This document shows positions 41,490 through 53,648 of a stretch of DNA of 64,000 bases, piece after piece. Position numbers and translations under genes: made by a program. The stretch's first letter is position 1. Every line of letters starts with the position of its first letter. This DNA comes from Octopus vulgaris (lineage: Eukaryota). The notes below the pieces were generated by a model. It saw only the letters and a list, made by a program, of their open reading frames with translations. It did no database searches and had not been told where the DNA came from. The stretch is taken from contig OX597824.1 in assembly GCA_951406725.2 (NCBI GenBank), forward strand, positions 11,594,001 through 11,658,000, written 5' to 3'.

Positions 41490-41891
41490 CTAGCAGTATC
41501 GCCCGGCGTTGCTCGGGTTTGTAAGGGAAATAACTATATAAGCATTTTTGGAGAGTTATAGCCAAAAAATAGCAAAACAATGCATTAAAAATGGGGAAAA
41601 AATGATGGTAAATTTTTTTTTAAATCGTTGACTCATCGTAGACATTTTTAGAGTGTTACTTCCCTTATATAATAGCGAAAAAAATGTATTAAGATGGGGA
41701 AAAATGATGGTAAATTATTTTTAAAATCGTAGACTCATCGTAGACGCGCGCTAATACCCAGAAGGGCTCGATATGAATCACGACTATAAGATACCCGGTT
41801 TTGGTTAAACTGCACCGCAAAATGTGGGAGTAGTTAGGAATCTAAATCGTAGGAGACAGACAGCACACAACCTCTCTTTTATATATAAAGA
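41490..41891 (-). mobile_element. Non-autonomous Helitron
   Basis: On minus: A|TCTTTATATATAAAAG... subterminal hairpin CCCGAGCAACGCCGGG, then CTAG|T. No TSD. Confidence 0.85.
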
Positions 41892-42410
41892 TTACAAACC
41901 AGTAGCATTTATATATACGTATATAATGGTCAGTTATCGGTAAAACGAAGACAGTGGATAGGATTTCGTTTTTCATTTGTGTATAGATTGAAGTTTATCG
42001 TTTCTGCCCTCTCCTATTTGTTAAACTGTAGAATAATTAATAGCCAAGTTGTGTTAGTTAATGCGAGCACTTGCTATTTCGTAATGAAACAGTGAACTTA
42101 TTTATAGTTGTGAAGATGTTAAACAGCAGAGTCCAGTGCTTTAGTGTCTTTAGTGGGTAAATGTGCGTGGAAAAAACAAGAACTGTTTTGCAGTAGAAAG
42201 TTTCTTTTTAGCAAGCAATTAACACGTTTAATTTAGTTCTTGCAGAAACAACTAGTTTTGGAATTAATTAAATAAATGAAGGAATAAATTAATAAAGAAA
42301 AACATTAGCTACGAAGTTGTGCTTAACGAAACACACGCACCAAGTGAATTCAAGTCATTATTAGGGTTAGAAAATTAGTTGTTTATCATAATACATCCGG
42401 AAGTCATGTC

Positions 42411-42849
42411 TTATATATATACATACATATATACACACGTATATATATGTTTTCGTTTCCCGTTGTGTTCTACGTTTATTTGTGGTGTCCTGTACTCATA
42501 TATGCATGTATATATACATATAGATGTAGGTATGTACATATATGTATGTATGTACGTATGTATGCATATGTTTTATTCATTAAATTGTTATATACACATA
42601 TATATATACACACATATATATATATACACACATATACATATACACACACATATACATATACACACACATATATACATATATGTATATACACATATACATG
42701 TACACATATATACATGTACACATGTACACATATATACATATATATATATATACACACATATATACATGTACACATATATACATATATACACACATATATA
42801 CATGTACACATATATACATATATATATACACACATATATACATGTACAC

Positions 42850-42894
<45 letters not shown>

Positions 42895-43100
42895 TATATA
42901 TACACACATATATACATGTACACATATATACATATATACACACATATATACATGTACACATATATACATATATATATACACACACACATATATACATGTA
43001 TACATATATACACACACACATATATACATGTATATATATACATATATACACACACATATATATATATATATATACATACACACACACATTATGTGTGTGT
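42411..43100. repeat. Compound (TA)/(CA) microsatellite with catgtacac higher-order units
   Basis: Direct reading; source of the spurious 333-aa ORF. Confidence 0.95.
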
Positions 43101-43548
43101 GACATGCTTAGGGTTTCTGACCCAAGTGTCTCTCTTCTATTCTTATACACTCAATCCTTCTGTCACTAGACACATCCACACCCTCTTTCTAGTCACCAAG
43201 TCCTTTTCCTATCAATATTGTCACAGTCTCTGCCGCTCCCCCCCCTTGTCTTTATCTCTCTATCTTTCTATAGCTCTCTCTCGCTGTCACCTGTCACTAT
43301 CACTCCCACCCTCTCGCTTCTTCACTAAGTCTCTTTCTCTCTCTCCCTCCCTCTCCCTCTCCCTAGCAGACATGTATTAAAAACCATAACAACAATAAAA
43401 GAGTATTTTGATATATTTTTTTTTTTTAAAAAAAAAAAGGAAAAGGAACGATTAGAAATTAAATAACACGCTCGGATTTGATATTAGATGACCAATGCTG
43501 TCCGTGAAATATTCGTTGGAACGAAATATTAAGCGAAAGTCGACTCAC

Positions 43549-43564
43549 CATAAGTTTCAGACAT
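43549..43564 (-). CDS. Rab4: First coding exon of a Rab4 small GTPase (MSETY + first base of Asp codon)
   Basis: Minus strand reads ggaag ATG TCT GAA ACT TAT G|GTGAGT. MSETYD is the conserved Rab4 N-terminus, and as I recall vertebrate RAB4A/B also have a phase-1 intron after Y. The donor is a perfect GTGAGT and the surroundings are CpG-richer and promoter-like. Downstream exons were not found in the window. Confidence 0.8.
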
Positions 43565-43900
43565 CTTCCTATCTGTAACAGACTCCTTCGATTTATTAAC
43601 AAACATACAAAATGGCGTTGGACAACGGCTTGGCGATAATCTCAGACTAACGAGACTTCAACAACTGATATATAGTTTTGTTTTTACATACTAAAATATT
43701 TTTTTTTTAGTTAGTTAGTTAAATATATCGTTTTGTTTCTGTTTTTTAATTTTTTTAAATATCCGTTAGCTTATTATTTTTCAAATACTTAAAAAAACTG
43801 CTGGTAGCCACAAAAAAAAAAAATATACCGAAATAGAACTACATCCGGGTCTTGTCCTGAATTTGTTTACCCTAGAGATGACGTCAGTAGTAAACACGTG
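43565..43900 (-). promoter_or_regulatory. Putative Rab4 5' UTR and core promoter
   Basis: YY1-type AAAATGGCG (~43609-43617), ACTACA motif (~43838), FOX-like TGTTTAC (~43864), full CRE palindrome TGACGTCA (43879-43886) and E-box CACGTG (43895-43900), immediately upstream of the exon. Confidence 0.6.
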
Positions 43901-44515
43901 GGATATATTATCAAAATTTAATTATGTCGCTTTCATCCCTCTTACATACATATATATATATATGTGATTGTTAGATACGAAAATTTATGTATCAAAAGTG
44001 TTATGTGGTTAAATGGTAAATTGATAGATGCCGTGTAATTTTATTACGGTCACACTCGACAATAAGCTGGATTGCAACTGAAAAGTTAATCTTTGTAGCG
44101 ATAGGTATATCTAATTATGAAGTACCGGGTGCGTAACAACCACTTAATAATTTATTTGTCCAGCTATAATTATTGATTTATTTTGATTAGTTAAAACAAT
44201 GCCAGTTTTTGTTGGTAATAGGTGGTCGAAGGAATCAATCATTGCAACTATTTTATGCATGATCGAATATTAAACAAAATTGAAGTTGTTTATTACTAGC
44301 GGGATTTGAACGTAATATGGACTAAAACGAAACTACAGCATGACAGTTAATCGGTGCTTTGACATTTCTAACAAGCCGACAGTATTTGTTTAAATATCTA
44401 TTTATTCATTCGTAAGGCTAGTGAGAAGAAGAAAGTAATATTTCGTTTTAAGTTTCTGGAAAGAACAGAGGCGGCATCACTCGATAAAATAAAACTGAAC
44501 TCTGAAACAGCTTTA

Positions 44516-44751
44516 TACCTATTTCTTTACTACCCACAATGAGCTACATACAGAGGGGACAAACAAGGACATACAAACGGATTAAGTCGATTATATCGAC
44601 CCCAGTGCGTAAATGGTACTTATTTAATCGACCCCGAAAGGATGAAAGGCAAAGTCGACCTCGGCGGAATTTGAACTCAGAACGTAGCAGCAGACGAAAT
44701 ACTGCTAAGCATTTCGCCCGGCGTGCTAACGTTTCCGCCAGCTCACCGCCT
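44516..44751 (-). mobile_element. SINE family A
   Basis: Full-length, low-divergence copy. Confidence 0.88.
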
Positions 44752-46000
44752 TTTCTGTACTAATACCGGCCGCAGTGACTAACCACACGCCAAAAAAATA
44801 AGCTCTACAAGGCAAGGGCAGTAGGATACGAGACCCAGAGAAAAATTCGAAAGTATTTTGTATAATGCTTAGACAAGGCCAGCACGACACCGCTAAGCTT
44901 TTCCACCCGAATATGTGTGGCAATTCACCTAACACACTGGCTCAATACAGCACACCGCTGAATTATTAATTAATCCTAACGATTATATCAATCTCCATGG
45001 AGCAGATATCTCGAAGGAAGTAATTCCTTTCAGTCGTTGCCCCCCTCTACGGTTCTCATAGGTACTGGCCGGCTGAAAGGGTTGGCCATTTCATCGACAA
45101 TTTCGAAATAAACTTTTAGAATGAAAGAAAATATTGTTTCATTTAGTCACCGGTTAACGCCGACTCCTACCGTGTTCGTTATCTTACTTTTTGTAAACAA
45201 GAGACGTGTTCTGATTAATTTTTAACAGGGTGCGCTCTGCGCCCGATTCCTGTGGGTGAATTAAACAGAATGAGGGATTACGTGTGTTACCCGGTCCCTT
45301 CATTAGAATTCTTCAGTTTCTGTTTAACATATTTCTTTCGCAAAGCTTTACTCGACTTGCAGCTATAATAGAAGACATTTGCCCAAAGTACGGCGCAGTG
45401 CGATGGTTTTATTTGACTAGATACAAAACGAAATGTTGGGATATAATGGAGACGAATCAATCGAAACTGATTATGTCTGGGACCTATTCTAAATGTTAAT
45501 CTATTTGGAATTTTAATTCAAAATGCATGAAAACGAAAGTACTGTATTTACGCGTGTATAAGCCGGACCCTAATTTAACACATAAAGTGCGACGGGCTAC
45601 GACCGTGGCCGTCAGGCACGGGTCGACAGGTCACGATCGTGGCCCAGATAAATGCATTTAATTTTTGGGCGTTTGTTGGGGGTCTAATGTCACTCAGACG
45701 CTCCGATACCCGCCAGAATGCAAGAGGACTGATAGTTCAACTAATGACTTTTCAGATGATGTAAAACTTGCCACCATTATATACTAAGAAGATATTTTAA
45801 CTATTTTTTGCTTTTTATGTGTCTCATTTAGTCTCATTTTCATAAAATGTGCTCAGCAGTCCATGCTATGTAAGTGCAAATCCCAGCGCTTTATGGGTTT
45901 GTAGAACGACCGTGCGAAGGAGATGCTGATGAATGAATGGCTCCTTTAATACACCTCACGGTCGCTTACAATAAAAGCAAAATGGATAAATGAGTATGAG

Positions 46001-46868
46001 TGTCAGCAGGAAAAGAAAGACACAACCGATAGAAGGTTTAAGAGAAAGATTTTATTTAGGTGTTAACATCTATAATAATAACAATAGACTGGCCGTCATG
46101 GATACATAATGTGTATGTGTGTACAAACAAGGGTGTAAGCATGTGAGATAAAATACAGAGCATTGAAATAGTCTACAATAGGACTCTAGAAGTTCAGACA
46201 CAATGAAGATAAATACCAGTTCATAGTAAGGTACACAATAGTTGAAGTGCTGTAACAAGAAGTTGTGGCTACAATGCAGAACCGACTGAGGCACATGTCG
46301 TGCAGGAAGCTGTGGCTACTGTGTAGAGCCAGTTACTTGATACAGGAAGATCTCACAGGTTGTCTTTGCTGTTAACCATGGTGAAGGAATTCGCAAACAG
46401 TGTGGAGATAGAACCTGGGTAAATGTTGCTGTGTACATAGTGATGTTGGCATCGTTAAGAAGATGGAGGTCTGAAATGCTGTTGGACGAAGTTGAGTCTC
46501 CAATGTGAGCTGCTGGTGTTGTCTGTCGCTGGAACTGGCTGAGTGCTCTGTGGTCAGTGGTTAGACCTTAGAAGGTCTAGAACCAAAGACGAAATACAGT
46601 TGTTGTAACTAGCCTTTTATAGGGACTAGGAGGCTTCCACGAAGATTTAGTAGACTGTGTCACAGGACCTTATCAGAAGGCTGCAATTGGTTTGGTTGCA
46701 CATTGGCACGTAATAGAGCAAGAGACAAATTGCACCAATACCAACCAATCAGAGTAGTGGACACAACAGGGTCCAAACGGCTGAAGACTAGCTGTTATCT
46801 GCTACGTCCATATTTATGTTATATATGTCAGAGAGAGAGAGATAGAATTTCACTAAGTGTACGTTACA
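46001..46868 (-). mobile_element. Probable solo LTR
   Basis: Minus strand begins TGTAAC and ends CTGACA, with CCAAT-type boxes, TATAAAAG (~46621-46614) and AATAAA (~46056-46051) in LTR order. No TSD found. Confidence 0.45.
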
Positions 46869-47589
46869 GGTTAATTTTTATTCTTGGAACAATTTTGTTT
46901 TCTTTTCATATTCATACTTGATGTCAGCTTTGCCCCATATATAATAAGCCACATCCTAGGTCTTATCAGCTAAAATCAAGTGTAAGATAGCGTGACACAA
47001 GTAAATACTGTTATATACTGCAATGCATTCAGATCGTGTACTGACAAGGAGGAAGTACCCTAGTGCGTGGTACCTTAGGCAAGTATTTTCTACTATAGCT
47101 TCAGACCGACCAAAGCGTTGGGAGGGGAATTGGTAGATGGAAACTGAAGGAAACCCCTTGTGTGTGTGTATATATATATAAAGTTTTAAAATAGGATAAA
47201 ATCTTTATAAGAATTTATCAAGTAGTTAGCATGAAAAACCTCATAAGAGAAAAAAATCTATCAATTTTTCTCACTTAAATATATTTATTTTTATTATATA
47301 GAGGGCATTTATATGTAATAATGCTCTCTATATAATAAAAATATATTTATGTATGTCTGTGTGTGTCTTTGTATATATTTGTCCACCACCACTGCTTGAC
47401 AACCGGTGCTGTTGTGCTTATGTCCCCGTAACTTAGCAGTTCGACGAAGGAGACTGATAGAATAAGTACCAACCAAAGTCCTGGGGTTGATTGGATTGAC
47501 TAAAATTTCTTCAAGGCAGTGCCCCAGCATGGCTGCAGTCTAATGACTGAAAAAGATAAAAATAAAAAATACCTATGTTAACCATAATG

Positions 47590-47794
47590 CAGTAATCCCT
47601 CGACTATCGTGGGTGTTATGTTCCAAAATCTCCCACAGAAATAATTAAAATCTAAAAAAACATAAATACCTATTGGCCGCAGAAACCTGGATATACTGAG
47701 GAGTCCACAATATAAATTTACATATTTTGGCCAGAAAAACCAACAATGTACTGGGTGTGCAATAGATGAACCGCAATATGGCAAGGAATTACTG
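47590..47794. mobile_element. Tc1/mariner (Tigger-like) MITE
   Basis: cagtaatccctcg ... caaggaattactg TIRs. Confidence 0.55.
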
Positions 47795-48184
47795 AACGTC
47801 ATTGGTAACTGGTGGAACAAGAAGTTGCCCCTGTAAACTTATAACCAAGCATGGAAAGCAAAGAAAGACTCTATGTTTCTCATGGAAAGACTCTATGTTT
47901 CCATTACACTAGGAATTCTATTTACTTGTTTATATTGATATGCCTTGAGACTAACTCTATTGGGAAGTAATCTAGTAGAATAGACTAGCCAAATCACTTG
48001 CTATACTGCACTGGAGAAATATAAAATTGATTTGCTTCTTGCAAGAGGTTGCATAAATATGACAAATGATAACTAATCGAAAAACTTTGCTAACTTTCTA
48101 AAATATACAATATAAAACTTTGTTTAATTTCAATCCTGAGTTATATTGAAAACATGCAAGCTTAAATCATAAAGTATATAAATT

Positions 48185-48462
48185 ATTGCAGCGTGGAAGG
48201 TGTTTATAAGCCATTTAAGAAACACAAAAGCCATTAGATTCACTTTAACATTTAAATTTAATTTGTCAACATATTTTCGTTGCTTTGACACTGCGACCTG
48301 TTCACTGACAAAATTCCGAGATGCAGCATGAATTTTGTCAGTGAACAAGTCACGGTCTCAAAGTGATGAAAATATTTTGACAAATAAATTTAAATGTTGA
48401 AGTGAATCTAACGGATTTTGTGTGTTTCTTAAGTGGTTTATAAACACCTTCCACGCTGCAAT
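48185..48462. repeat. ~280-bp foldback palindrome (foldback MITE)
   Basis: Arms of ~130 bp (attgcagcgtggaaggtgtttataa... / ...ttataaacaccttccacgctgcaat) around a loop of ~13 nt at ~48317-48330. Confidence 0.85.
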
Positions 48463-49294
48463 TGTTTCTGTTCCAGCACACGATCTCAGATCAGGTCACT
48501 TGCTATGCAAGTACATCTCCGTAATATATAAATTATATAAAGTATATAATAATGCAACTAACACCCACTCCCTAAAATTACTGGCCTTTTGTCACAATTT
48601 GAAACTGTTATTGTTACTATTTCCCTAACACAATTTATTTTGCTATTATCATCATGACTATTAGGGTGGCATAGGTGGTAATTCACTGTACAGTATTTAA
48701 TTTTGTCAATTAATGACTGAGTTCAAATCTTGCCAATCAGCTTCAACATTGCACAGTTGGTCTGCAAGAAATATTTACTATATATTTACTTCAGTAGACT
48801 ACAGTCATCCCAACACATTATCAGTATGGGGTGTATAGGTACAAGTATTATACAAAAGATTGTTATACAGGTTTCAGGAGTCACCAACTGACTGGAGTAC
48901 AACAAAAACCAAGTAATGTAGTGGGCAGAGACAACAGCAGAACTTTTTGCCTAGTATATTGGATTATCATGTTGGTTTCAAATTTTGGCACAAGGCCAGC
49001 AATTTCATGGGAGGGAGTAAGCTGATTAGCAAGTACACAACTATTACTTATTTTATCAACCTGAAAAGAATGAAAAGCAAAGTTGACCTTGGCAGAACTT
49101 GAACACAGAATGTATAGACAGATGAAATACTTCTTAGCATTTTGCCCATTGTACTAACGATTCTATCAGCTCACCACCTTATATTGAATTATCACATTAC
49201 CAGACCTAAATTTACTTTTGTATAAATGTGGACACCAACAAATAGGACTATAAAAATTTCTCACATTGATGACCGTTAATATTTAATGAAGCTG

Positions 49295-49966
49295 AGGCAG
49301 CAAGCTGGCAGAATCGTTAGCACACCAGGCAAAATGCTTAATGCAGAATCATTAGCACGCTGGGCAAAATGCTTAGCGGTATTTTGTCTGCCATTACATT
49401 CTGAGTTCAAATTCCGCCGAGGTCGACTTTGCCTTTCATCCTTTCGGGGTCGATTAAATAAGTACCAGTTACGCACTGGGGTCAATATAATTGACTTAAT
49501 TCATTTGTCTGTCCTTGTTTGTCCTCTCTGTGTTTAGCCCCTTGTGGGTAGTAAAGAAATAGATATTTCATCTGTCTTTACATTCTGAGTTCAAATTCCG
49601 CCGAGGTCGACTTTGCCTTTCATCCTTTCGGGGTCGATTAAATAAGTACCAGTTACGCACTGGGGTCGATATAATTGACTTAATTCATTTGTCTGTCCTT
49701 GTTTGTCCTCTCTGTGTTTAGCCCCTTGTGGATAGTAAAGAAATAGGTATTTCGTCTGTCTTTACATTCTGAGTTCAAATTCCGCCGAGGTCGACTTTGC
49801 CTTTCATCCTTTCGGGGTCGATTAAATAAGTACCAGTTACGCACTGGGGTCGATGTAATTGACTTAATTCATTTGTCTGTCCTTGTTTGTCCTCTCTGTG
49901 TTTAGCCCCTTGTGGGTAGTAAAGAAATAGATATTTCATCTGTCTTCACGTTCTGAGTTCAAATTC
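49295..49966 (+). mobile_element. Tandem array (about 3.3 units, ~184 bp) of SINE family A
   Basis: Repeated junction gtaaagaaatagRtatttcRtctgtctt at ~49551, ~49735 and ~49919. Confidence 0.9.
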
Positions 49967-50319
49967 TTATGGGATCGATAAAATATGTAGCAATTGAACA
50001 CTGAGATCAATGCAGTTGACTTACTGAGTATTTGAAATCGATATATTGTCAAGCTATACAAACTTTCAGATCTAACAAACAACATAACAGAAAACAGAGG
50101 ACAAGACAAACCTGGCATAAGAAAAATTAATAACAGAGTCTGCTAAAGCAAGACATCAAAAAGAAAGTCTAATTGAGGTATTTAGACAATCAGAAAGTAT
50201 CTTATGAATTGGCCAATTCATAAACCATTGAGGTCACTTCTGTATGGTTGGTTGAATTGCTAGGAATAGCAATCAGATCTCCCTTAAATCATGCCATAGT
50301 ATCCTTAAAACAAAAAGAT

Positions 50320-50822
50320 TATCATCATCATCGTTTAACGTCTGCTTTCCATGCTGGCATGGGTTGGACAGTTTGACTGATGGCTGGTGAGCCAGAGGCT
50401 GCACCAGGCTCAATCTGGTCTGGCAAAGTTTCTACGGCTGGATGCCCTTCCTAATGCCAACCACCCCAAGAGTGTATTGGGTGCTTTTCATATGCCACCA
50501 GTATGAGGGCCAGTCAGGCAGTTCTGGCAATGACCATGCTCACACTCAAAAGGTGTTTTTATGTGCTACCTGCATGGAAGCCAGTCTGGCGACACTGGCA
50601 ACAACCACGCTTGAATGTTGGTTTTCATGTGCTGGTAAAGCGACGCTGGCAACGATCATGTTTGAATGGTGCTTTTCATGTGTCACTGGCACAGGAGCCA
50701 ATCTGTGGCGCCCTGGCAATGATCATGCTCGGATGTGCATTTGATGTTGCACTGGCATGGGTGCCAATCAGGTGGTACTGTCATCGACCAAGTCAGTGAT
50801 TTTGGTTTGTTTACACTTGCCA
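50320..50822 (-). mobile_element. RTE 3'-end fragment
   Basis: Terminal core plus modules. Confidence 0.8.
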
Positions 50823-50919
50823 CTGACCTGGATTTATGATATGAACTATAACCTAATCATGAATTTCAAATAGTATGGATCTTAATGGAAATAAATTTAT
50901 AGAAGCATCATTTTTAATT

Positions 50920-51010
50920 GGGGGCTCTCTCTCAGAATGGAAGACAGATTGTATGATGCCTGTGCGTGTACAGCTATGCTACATGGCAGTGAAATATGGA
51001 CTATGACTAC
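50920..51010 (+). mobile_element. Short RTE ORF fragment
   Basis: Matches 32768-32852 (tgtatgatgc...gctatgctacatggcagtgaaa). Confidence 0.7.
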
Positions 51011-51559
51011 ATAAAACATTAGAGTTATCAACTATCAAACTTGGTGCAGAAAAAAATCAGACATTTAATTCTTAATGACTGGATATCTACATTTTGATAT
51101 GTAAATAAGACAGGAATAAATCTTTGATGTATGCAGACAGTTTATAGCCACCACAAAATATTATTGGCTGGAATTGAAATACATGTTCACCTGTCTATGA
51201 AGGTTGTTTAGTATTTGCAGCAACTTGTTTTTTTGTTTTTTTTTACCAAATATTGTATTGTTGGCTAAAACACCTTATTTATACAGATGTAGGTCAGACC
51301 TGTCACCAGATTTTGGTGCCTGGGGGTACTTCAGAATATTCTGGACAGGCACTAATTAGTAACAATGCTGAAGTGCAGTTTCGAAATAAGTATATCACTG
51401 TAAATCTGAGGGTGCTCCAATGAACGGTGAGGGGGCAGTCCCATCCAGTGCACCCCCTTAGTAGGTTTGATTCTAAGAGAAGGGATCTGTTACAAAGTAA
51501 AGACAACAATGTAGTGATGGTAATTTTGTTTCAGTTATTTTCAGGCTTGAAAATTTAAC

Positions 51560-52030
51560 CGTTATGTAAACCTCCTAGAGGAATGTGAAGACGCAGGCTG
51601 GAAAGCGGAACATTTTCCAATTGAAGTCAGATGTAGAGGGTTCGTTGGACACAGTGTGAGACAACTGTTGTTATCGCTAGGCCTAACTCATCGTAAAGTC
51701 AATACCACCATGACTGATATCCAAACTACAGTGGAGAAGGCTAGCCACTGAATTTGGTTAAAAAGAGATGATGAGCGATGGCTAGAAGTATATTGAGTTT
51801 AACTTCATAACCAGCTGATCTAGCAAGTGGGGCCTCATATCAGTGAGGGGGGTGGGTGCGCATTGATGCTGTCGAGAGGTAGGCCCCGAAACGGCACACA
51901 TTCTCTCCTGATGACCCCATACACTTGCTGGCTTCTGGTATGCGGAGTTTTTGTCTGGCAGCATTTGTATGTGCAAATTGTTCGTCATCATCTCCCCAAG
52001 CCTTCTTTGATCTGAAGTGACCCATTGTGA
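51560..52030 (+). mobile_element. HERO/R2-group non-LTR retrotransposon 3' fragment (end of restriction-like endonuclease plus 3' UTR)
   Basis: 51560-51796 translates RYVNLLEECEDAGWKAEHFPIEVRCRGFVGHSVRQLLLSLG...VEKASH*IWLKRDDERW, matching the RLE C-terminal pattern (Y..L....GW....EVG.RGF....S.WIW.KR). Not in the ORF track. Confidence 0.75.
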
Positions 52031-52288
52031 CCATTCCTTAATTTTAATTTATGTATTAAATTTGACAAATGTATCTTCCTGTCATTCGAATGAAACAGGA
52101 TTTTATTTGACAATCCTCTACTTTCAAAACAACATTCTCTGCTCTGAAAAGTTATGTACATACAGGTTATATCAGTTAAGGTTCTGTTATGATGAAGAGA
52201 AACATATTCTAATCATAGAATTGTGAAATTAACTGAGATAAACTTATACATGAAGAAAACAAAATGAACCATCCATAAATAAATTAAT

Positions 52289-52656
52289 TCTCTACATATA
52301 TAAATGGCAAAATGTCTGTGTGCGTGTCCTTTATACAAATCCACAATTTTTCAGTTAGAGGGCTCGCACTTTCTATGGTCATTCAAAACCATCCAAGGGT
52401 GGTCGTGCACATCTTTACATTTCCCCAGTCACCCCGCAAAGCCATTAAAAAATCAATAAAAGTGACTTTTTTGTGAATTTTCTATCCAAAACCCACTCAA
52501 AATGCCCGAAACTTGATACGTCAATTGAATGTCAGCAAGCTGTATGTGATTGGTCGGAGATTTGTACAGTACTTGCGTGCATGTGCGCACGCACGCATGC
52601 AGCTGTATATGCATGCACTAACACTATGACCTTGCAACGCCGGGTCATAGTTCTAG
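52289..52656 (+). mobile_element. Non-autonomous Helitron
   Basis: TCTCTACATATATAAA start, hairpin CTATGACC-ttgcaacgccg-GGTCATAG (52624-52650) and CTAG|T end. Confidence 0.8.
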
Positions 52657-53079
52657 TGGAAGCTAAATATTCATAGTAAACCATGTTATTTCTGGAGTGA
52701 GGGTGTTATTGTTAAGACCCATATGTTAACCCTGATTGACCAAATTTATGACAGGTGTTGAAACTATAAATCCATTTTAAGTCATATCGCATTCAGGATT
52801 TCATTAATAAATGTATAATTTCTTGTAATTATTTGACAATGATTTGGAGACAACATCACATTGACTCCTTTAGCACTTGAAGATGCAGTTTGTGTTTTCT
52901 GCTGCCTTAAGATAGGATGGCAATTAAAACAAAAGACTTCCTTTCGTTTTTCTCTAGCTGGTTCTTGTTGGATGTAGGCATGCTGGGATATCACAACTGG
53001 AAATAAAGGCTAAGGTATATGGTTGAAAAAAATCAAAATGATGCTGTGATGTTTCCATTCAACTGGATTGGGTCAATAG

Positions 53080-53648
53080 GGTACTATTTAAGAAGAGTGG
53101 TCCCAGTGCATGCACTCGCATACTCAAGCATCAGCACTAGCTAGTCGTGACTAGTTGATCCTACAACAACTACCTAGCAAAGTAAATAAAACACAAAATA
53201 AATAATTTTTTTTACACAAAATAATTTTTTAAAACAAAGTAAATAAAACACAAAAACACAAAATAAATAATTTTTTTAAACAAAATAAATAAATTTTTTA
53301 AAAACAAAATAAAACACAAAAGTAAATAATTTTTTTAAAACAAAGTAAATAAAACACAAAAATACAAAGTAAATAATTTTTTAAAACAAAGTAAATAAAA
53401 AAATAATTTTTTTTACACAAAATAATTTTTTTAAAACAAAGTAAATAAAACACAAAATAAATAATTTTTTTACACAAAGTAAATATTTTTTTAAAACAAA
53501 GTAAATAAAATACAAAAGCACAAAGTAAATAATTTTTTAAAACAAAATAAATAAAACACAAAACAAGGATCGACCAGTCACGACTAGCTAGCATGGATGC
53601 GTGAGTATGCAAGTGCACGCACCGGGACCACTCTTCTTAAGTAGTACC
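53080..53648. mobile_element. MITE family M2 with expanded A/T-rich tandem core
   Basis: TIR ggtactatttaagaagagtggtccc / gggaccactcttcttaagtagtacc; 9-bp TSD ggtcaatag/ggtcactag; core of repeated caaagtaaataaaacacaaaataaataatttttt. Confidence 0.85.

Noticed and set aside
42379-43380. 333-aa and overlapping ORFs rich in Y/I/H/T or C/V/Y
   Set aside because: These are translations of TA/CA microsatellite; the same applies to the ORFs at 11256-11721, 25738-26314 and 36235-36847.
43612-43650. Plus-strand ATG in AAAATGGCG as a bidirectional gene start
   Set aside because: The frame closes after 12 codons with no donor site; better explained as a YY1 motif in the Rab4 5' region.
45869-45970. TGTAAG...CTTACA bounded 100-bp segment as a mini-LTR
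   Set aside because: No TSD, promoter or polyA signal; too weak to call.
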